Of a DNA stretch of 47,600 nucleotides, positions 45,062-47,600 are shown one piece after another. A model generated the notes under the pieces. That model was given only the letters and a program-made list of their open reading frames with translations, searched no databases and had not been told where the DNA came from. The stretch is taken from contig JASLXV010000098.1 in assembly GCA_030740155.1 (NCBI GenBank), positions 1-47,600 of the forward strand, read 5' to 3'. Numbering within the stretch: position 1 is the first letter of the stretch; every line of letters starts with the position of its first letter. This stretch comes from Dehalococcoidia bacterium (GTDB lineage Bacteria > Chloroflexota > Dehalococcoidia > Lucifugimonadales > UBA3495). Position numbers and translations under genes: made by a program.

Positions 45062-45841
45062 CTAGCGGGCGTGATAGGTCGGCGCCCGCTTCTCCACAAA
45101 GGAGACGCTGGACTCCTTGAAGTCTTCGGTTAGGTGCAGCTTCAAAGGCTGGCTGTACATGTCGGCGTCGGCGACGGGCTGCACCCACTGGCGGCGGCTG
45201 AGCCGGACCCCGGCGCGGCAGGCCAGCGGCGGCGTCTTCAGCACCTTTTCCGCCAGCTCTTCGGCAGCCTCCAGGTGCTTGCCCGTGGGGACCAGGCGGT
45301 TGATCAGCCCCAACCGGTACAACTCCGGGGCGCCCACGGGCTCGCCGGTGATGACCATCTCGGAGGCAATCTTCGACGGCATGAAGGCGTTGACCTTAGC
45401 CCAGACCCGGCCGCCGGTCAGGCCCCGCCGAGTCTCGGTGATGCCGAACTTGGCTTCCTCCGAGGCGACGATCAGGTCGCATTCGACGGCGATGGACATA
45501 CCGGCGCCCAGGGCGTAACCGTGGATGGCGGCAATGACCGGCTTCCAGTTGATGGACCGGCCCAGGTAGCCCTCTCCGCTTCGGCCCCGGGCCCGGGCAG
45601 CCGCCTGTATCGGCGTCATGCTGGCGAAGCGCTGCTTGATGTCGGCCCCGGCGCAGAAGCAGCGGCCCGTGCCGTGGAAAATGCAGACCCAAGCTTCATC
45701 GTCGGCGTCGAACTCCAGGAACGCGGCGGTAAGATCGATCTCGAACTGGTCGTTCACCGCGTTGAGCGACCGGGGGCGGTTGATCATGATGTAGCCGATC
45801 TTGCCCTTGCGCTCGTAGTTCATTGTTTCGTACTCGGTCAT
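45062..45841 (-). CDS. Crotonase-family protein, tandem copy 3
   Basis: NRPRSLNA, GRCFCAGADI, KPVIAAIHGYALG, CDLIVASE, EDFKE...F.EKRAP. Confidence 0.95.
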   Translation of the reverse strand: MTEYETMNYERKGKIGYIMINRPRSLNAVNDQFEIDLTAAFLEFDADDEAWVCIFHGTGRCFCAGADIKQRFASMTPIQAAARARGRSGEGYLGRSINWKPVIAAIHGYALGAGMSIAVECDLIVASEEAKFGITETRRGLTGGRVWAKVNAFMPSKIASEMVITGEPVGAPELYRLGLINRLVPTGKHLEAAEELAEKVLKTPPLACRAGVRLSRRQWVQPVADADMYSQPLKLHLTEDFKESSVSFVEKRAPTYHAR

Positions 45842-45899
45842 CGTTGAGACCTCCTCTAAAGTTTCTTGTAAAGTTTCTTGGTATTTGAAGCCGGTGAGC

Positions 45900-46679
45900 C
45901 TAATGGGCGTGATATGTTGGCGCCCGCTTTTCCACGAAGGACTGGCTGGCCTCCTTGAAGTCCTCGGTGAGGTGCAACCTCAAGGGCTGGGTGTACATGC
46001 CGGAGTCGGCGACCCCCTGGACCCACTGGCGGCGGCTGAGACGGACACCGGCGCGGCAGGCCAGAGGCGGCGTCTTCAGCACCTTTTCCGCCAGCTCCTC
46101 GGCGGCCTCCAGGTGCTTACCCGTGGGGACCAGGCGGTTGATGAACCCCAACCGGTAGAGTTCGCCGGCGCTTATCTGCTCGCCCATGATGAGCATCTCG
46201 GTGGCTATCTTGGACGGCATGAAGCAGTTGACCTTGGCCCACACCCCGGCGCCGGAAAGGCCCCGTTTGGTCTCGGCGATGCTGAACCTGGCTTCCTCCG
46301 AGGCGACGATCAGGTCACACTCGGAGGCGATGGAGATGCCCCCGCCGAGGGCGTAGCCGTGGACGGCGGCGATGACCGGCTTCCAGTTGATGGACCGGCC
46401 CAGGTAGCCCTCGGGGCTTCGGCCCTTGGACCGGGCGGCTGATTGCAGGGGCGTCATGGCGGCGAAGCGCTGCTTGATGTCCGCTCCGGCGCAGAAGCAG
46501 CGGCCCGCGCCGTGGAGAATGCAGACCCAGGCTTCTTCGTCGATGTCGAACTCGAGGAACGCTTCGGTAAGATCTTTCTCGAACTGGTCGTTCACCGCGT
46601 TGAGCGACTGAGGCCGGTTGAGCATGATGTAGCCGATCTTGCCCTTGCGCTCGTAGTTCATTGTCTCGTATTCAGTCAT
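45900..46679 (-). CDS. Crotonase-family protein, tandem copy 2
   Basis: 259 aa; about 42 differences from 45062..45841 by hand count (~84% identity); RBS GGAGG. Confidence 0.95.
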   Translation of the reverse strand: MTEYETMNYERKGKIGYIMLNRPQSLNAVNDQFEKDLTEAFLEFDIDEEAWVCILHGAGRCFCAGADIKQRFAAMTPLQSAARSKGRSPEGYLGRSINWKPVIAAVHGYALGGGISIASECDLIVASEEARFSIAETKRGLSGAGVWAKVNCFMPSKIATEMLIMGEQISAGELYRLGFINRLVPTGKHLEAAEELAEKVLKTPPLACRAGVRLSRRQWVQGVADSGMYTQPLRLHLTEDFKEASQSFVEKRAPTYHAH

Positions 46680-46744
46680 CAGTAGAACCTCCTTATATTA
46701 GTTCCTCCGTTTTCCCGCTTCCGCGGCGGATGAGCCAAATAGCC

Positions 46745-47524
46745 CTAGCGGGCGTGATACTCCGGCGCCCGCTTCTCCACGAAGGACTGGCTGGACTCCT
46801 TGAAGTCTTCGCTCAGGTCCAGTTTCAAGGCCTGGATGTACATGTCGGCGTCGGCCGAGGGCTGGACCCACTGGCGGCGGCTCAGCCGGACGCCGGCGCG
46901 GGAGGCCAGAGGTGGCGTCTTCAGCACCTGTCGCGCCAACTCCTCGGCGGCCTCCAGGTGCTTGCCCGTGGGGACCAGGCGGTTGATGAACCCCAACCGG
47001 TAGAGTTCCGGAGCGCTTATCTGCTCGCCCGTGATGAGCATCTCGGTGGCTATCTTGGACGGCATGAAGGCGCCGACCTTGGCCCAAACCCGGCCGCCGG
47101 GCAGGCCCCGTTTGGTCTCGGTTATGCCGAACATGGCCTCCTCCGAGGCAACGATCAGGTCGCATTCGGCAGCGACGGAGGTGCCGCCGCCCAGGGCGTA
47201 GCCGTGGACCGCGGCGATGACCGGCTTCCAGTTGATGGCCCGGCCCAGGTAGGCCTCCGGGCTCCGGCCCCGTGCCTGGGCGGCCGCCTGCTCGGGCGTC
47301 CTGCCGGCGAAGTTCTGCTTGATGTCGGCCCCCGCGCAGAAGCAGCGGCCCGTGCCGTGAAGGATCGCCACCCAGGCTTCCTCGTCGGCGTCGAACTCCA
47401 GGTACGCGGCTGCCAGGTCTTTCTCAAGTTGGTCGTTCATCGCGTTGAGCGACCGGGGGCGGTTGAACATGATGTAGCCGATCTTGCCTTTGCGCTCGTA
47501 GGTCATCGTTTCGTACTCGGTCAT
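46745..47524 (-). CDS. Crotonase-family protein, tandem copy 1
   Basis: 259 aa, same motifs as the other two; RBS GGAGG. Confidence 0.95.
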   Translation of the reverse strand: MTEYETMTYERKGKIGYIMFNRPRSLNAMNDQLEKDLAAAYLEFDADEEAWVAILHGTGRCFCAGADIKQNFAGRTPEQAAAQARGRSPEAYLGRAINWKPVIAAVHGYALGGGTSVAAECDLIVASEEAMFGITETKRGLPGGRVWAKVGAFMPSKIATEMLITGEQISAPELYRLGFINRLVPTGKHLEAAEELARQVLKTPPLASRAGVRLSRRQWVQPSADADMYIQALKLDLSEDFKESSQSFVEKRAPEYHAR

Positions 47525-47600
47525 TGGCGATACCTCCAGTGCCGGCTCTCCCCGGCACCCCCGGCGCCGTCCGGAGCCTCAGGTTTGACGTCCCGCCCAT

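Noticed and set aside
1..47600. CRISPR array, cas genes, rRNA, integrase or transposase
   Set aside because: No regularly spaced direct repeats and no recognisable motifs; the repeats are dispersed palindromes.

Overview
GC-rich bacterial window. The many paralogous crotonases, family III CoA-transferases, SDRs, a DUF35/thiolase-like pair and a luciferase-like monooxygenase suggest Chloroflexota (Dehalococcoidia/SAR202-like); this is an inference, not a search result. Layout: (i) tRNA-Leu(TAA) followed by what looks like a decayed integrative-element end (HTH and RHH genes, TGTTAACA repeats); (ii) a divergent crotonase/CoA-transferase cassette present twice in inverted orientation (about 2.5-4.5 kb, crotonase truncated, and about 38.9-41.4 kb, intact); (iii) a more AT-rich patch with a GIY-YIG nuclease, membrane proteins and two disrupted genes; (iv) an acyl-CoA carboxylase and a beta-oxidation-like block; (v) the most unusual part, 21.2-35.7 kb, which combines PspA/PspAA, DUF4178, DUF350, a K+ channel and a Ser/Arg/Gly-tailed lipoprotein with a SecA paralog, a Cys-His-Asp transglutaminase/NAT-fold enzyme, two proteins with a possible ubiquitin-like N-terminus, and a carboxynorspermidine decarboxylase-DUF3326 pair; (vi) SDR, thermonuclease, MJ0158-type PLP enzyme, LLM oxidoreductase and three tandem crotonases. 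Intergenic regions hold several families of REP-like palindromes, some wrapped in MITE-like terminal inverted repeats. All family calls come from motifs recognised by eye.
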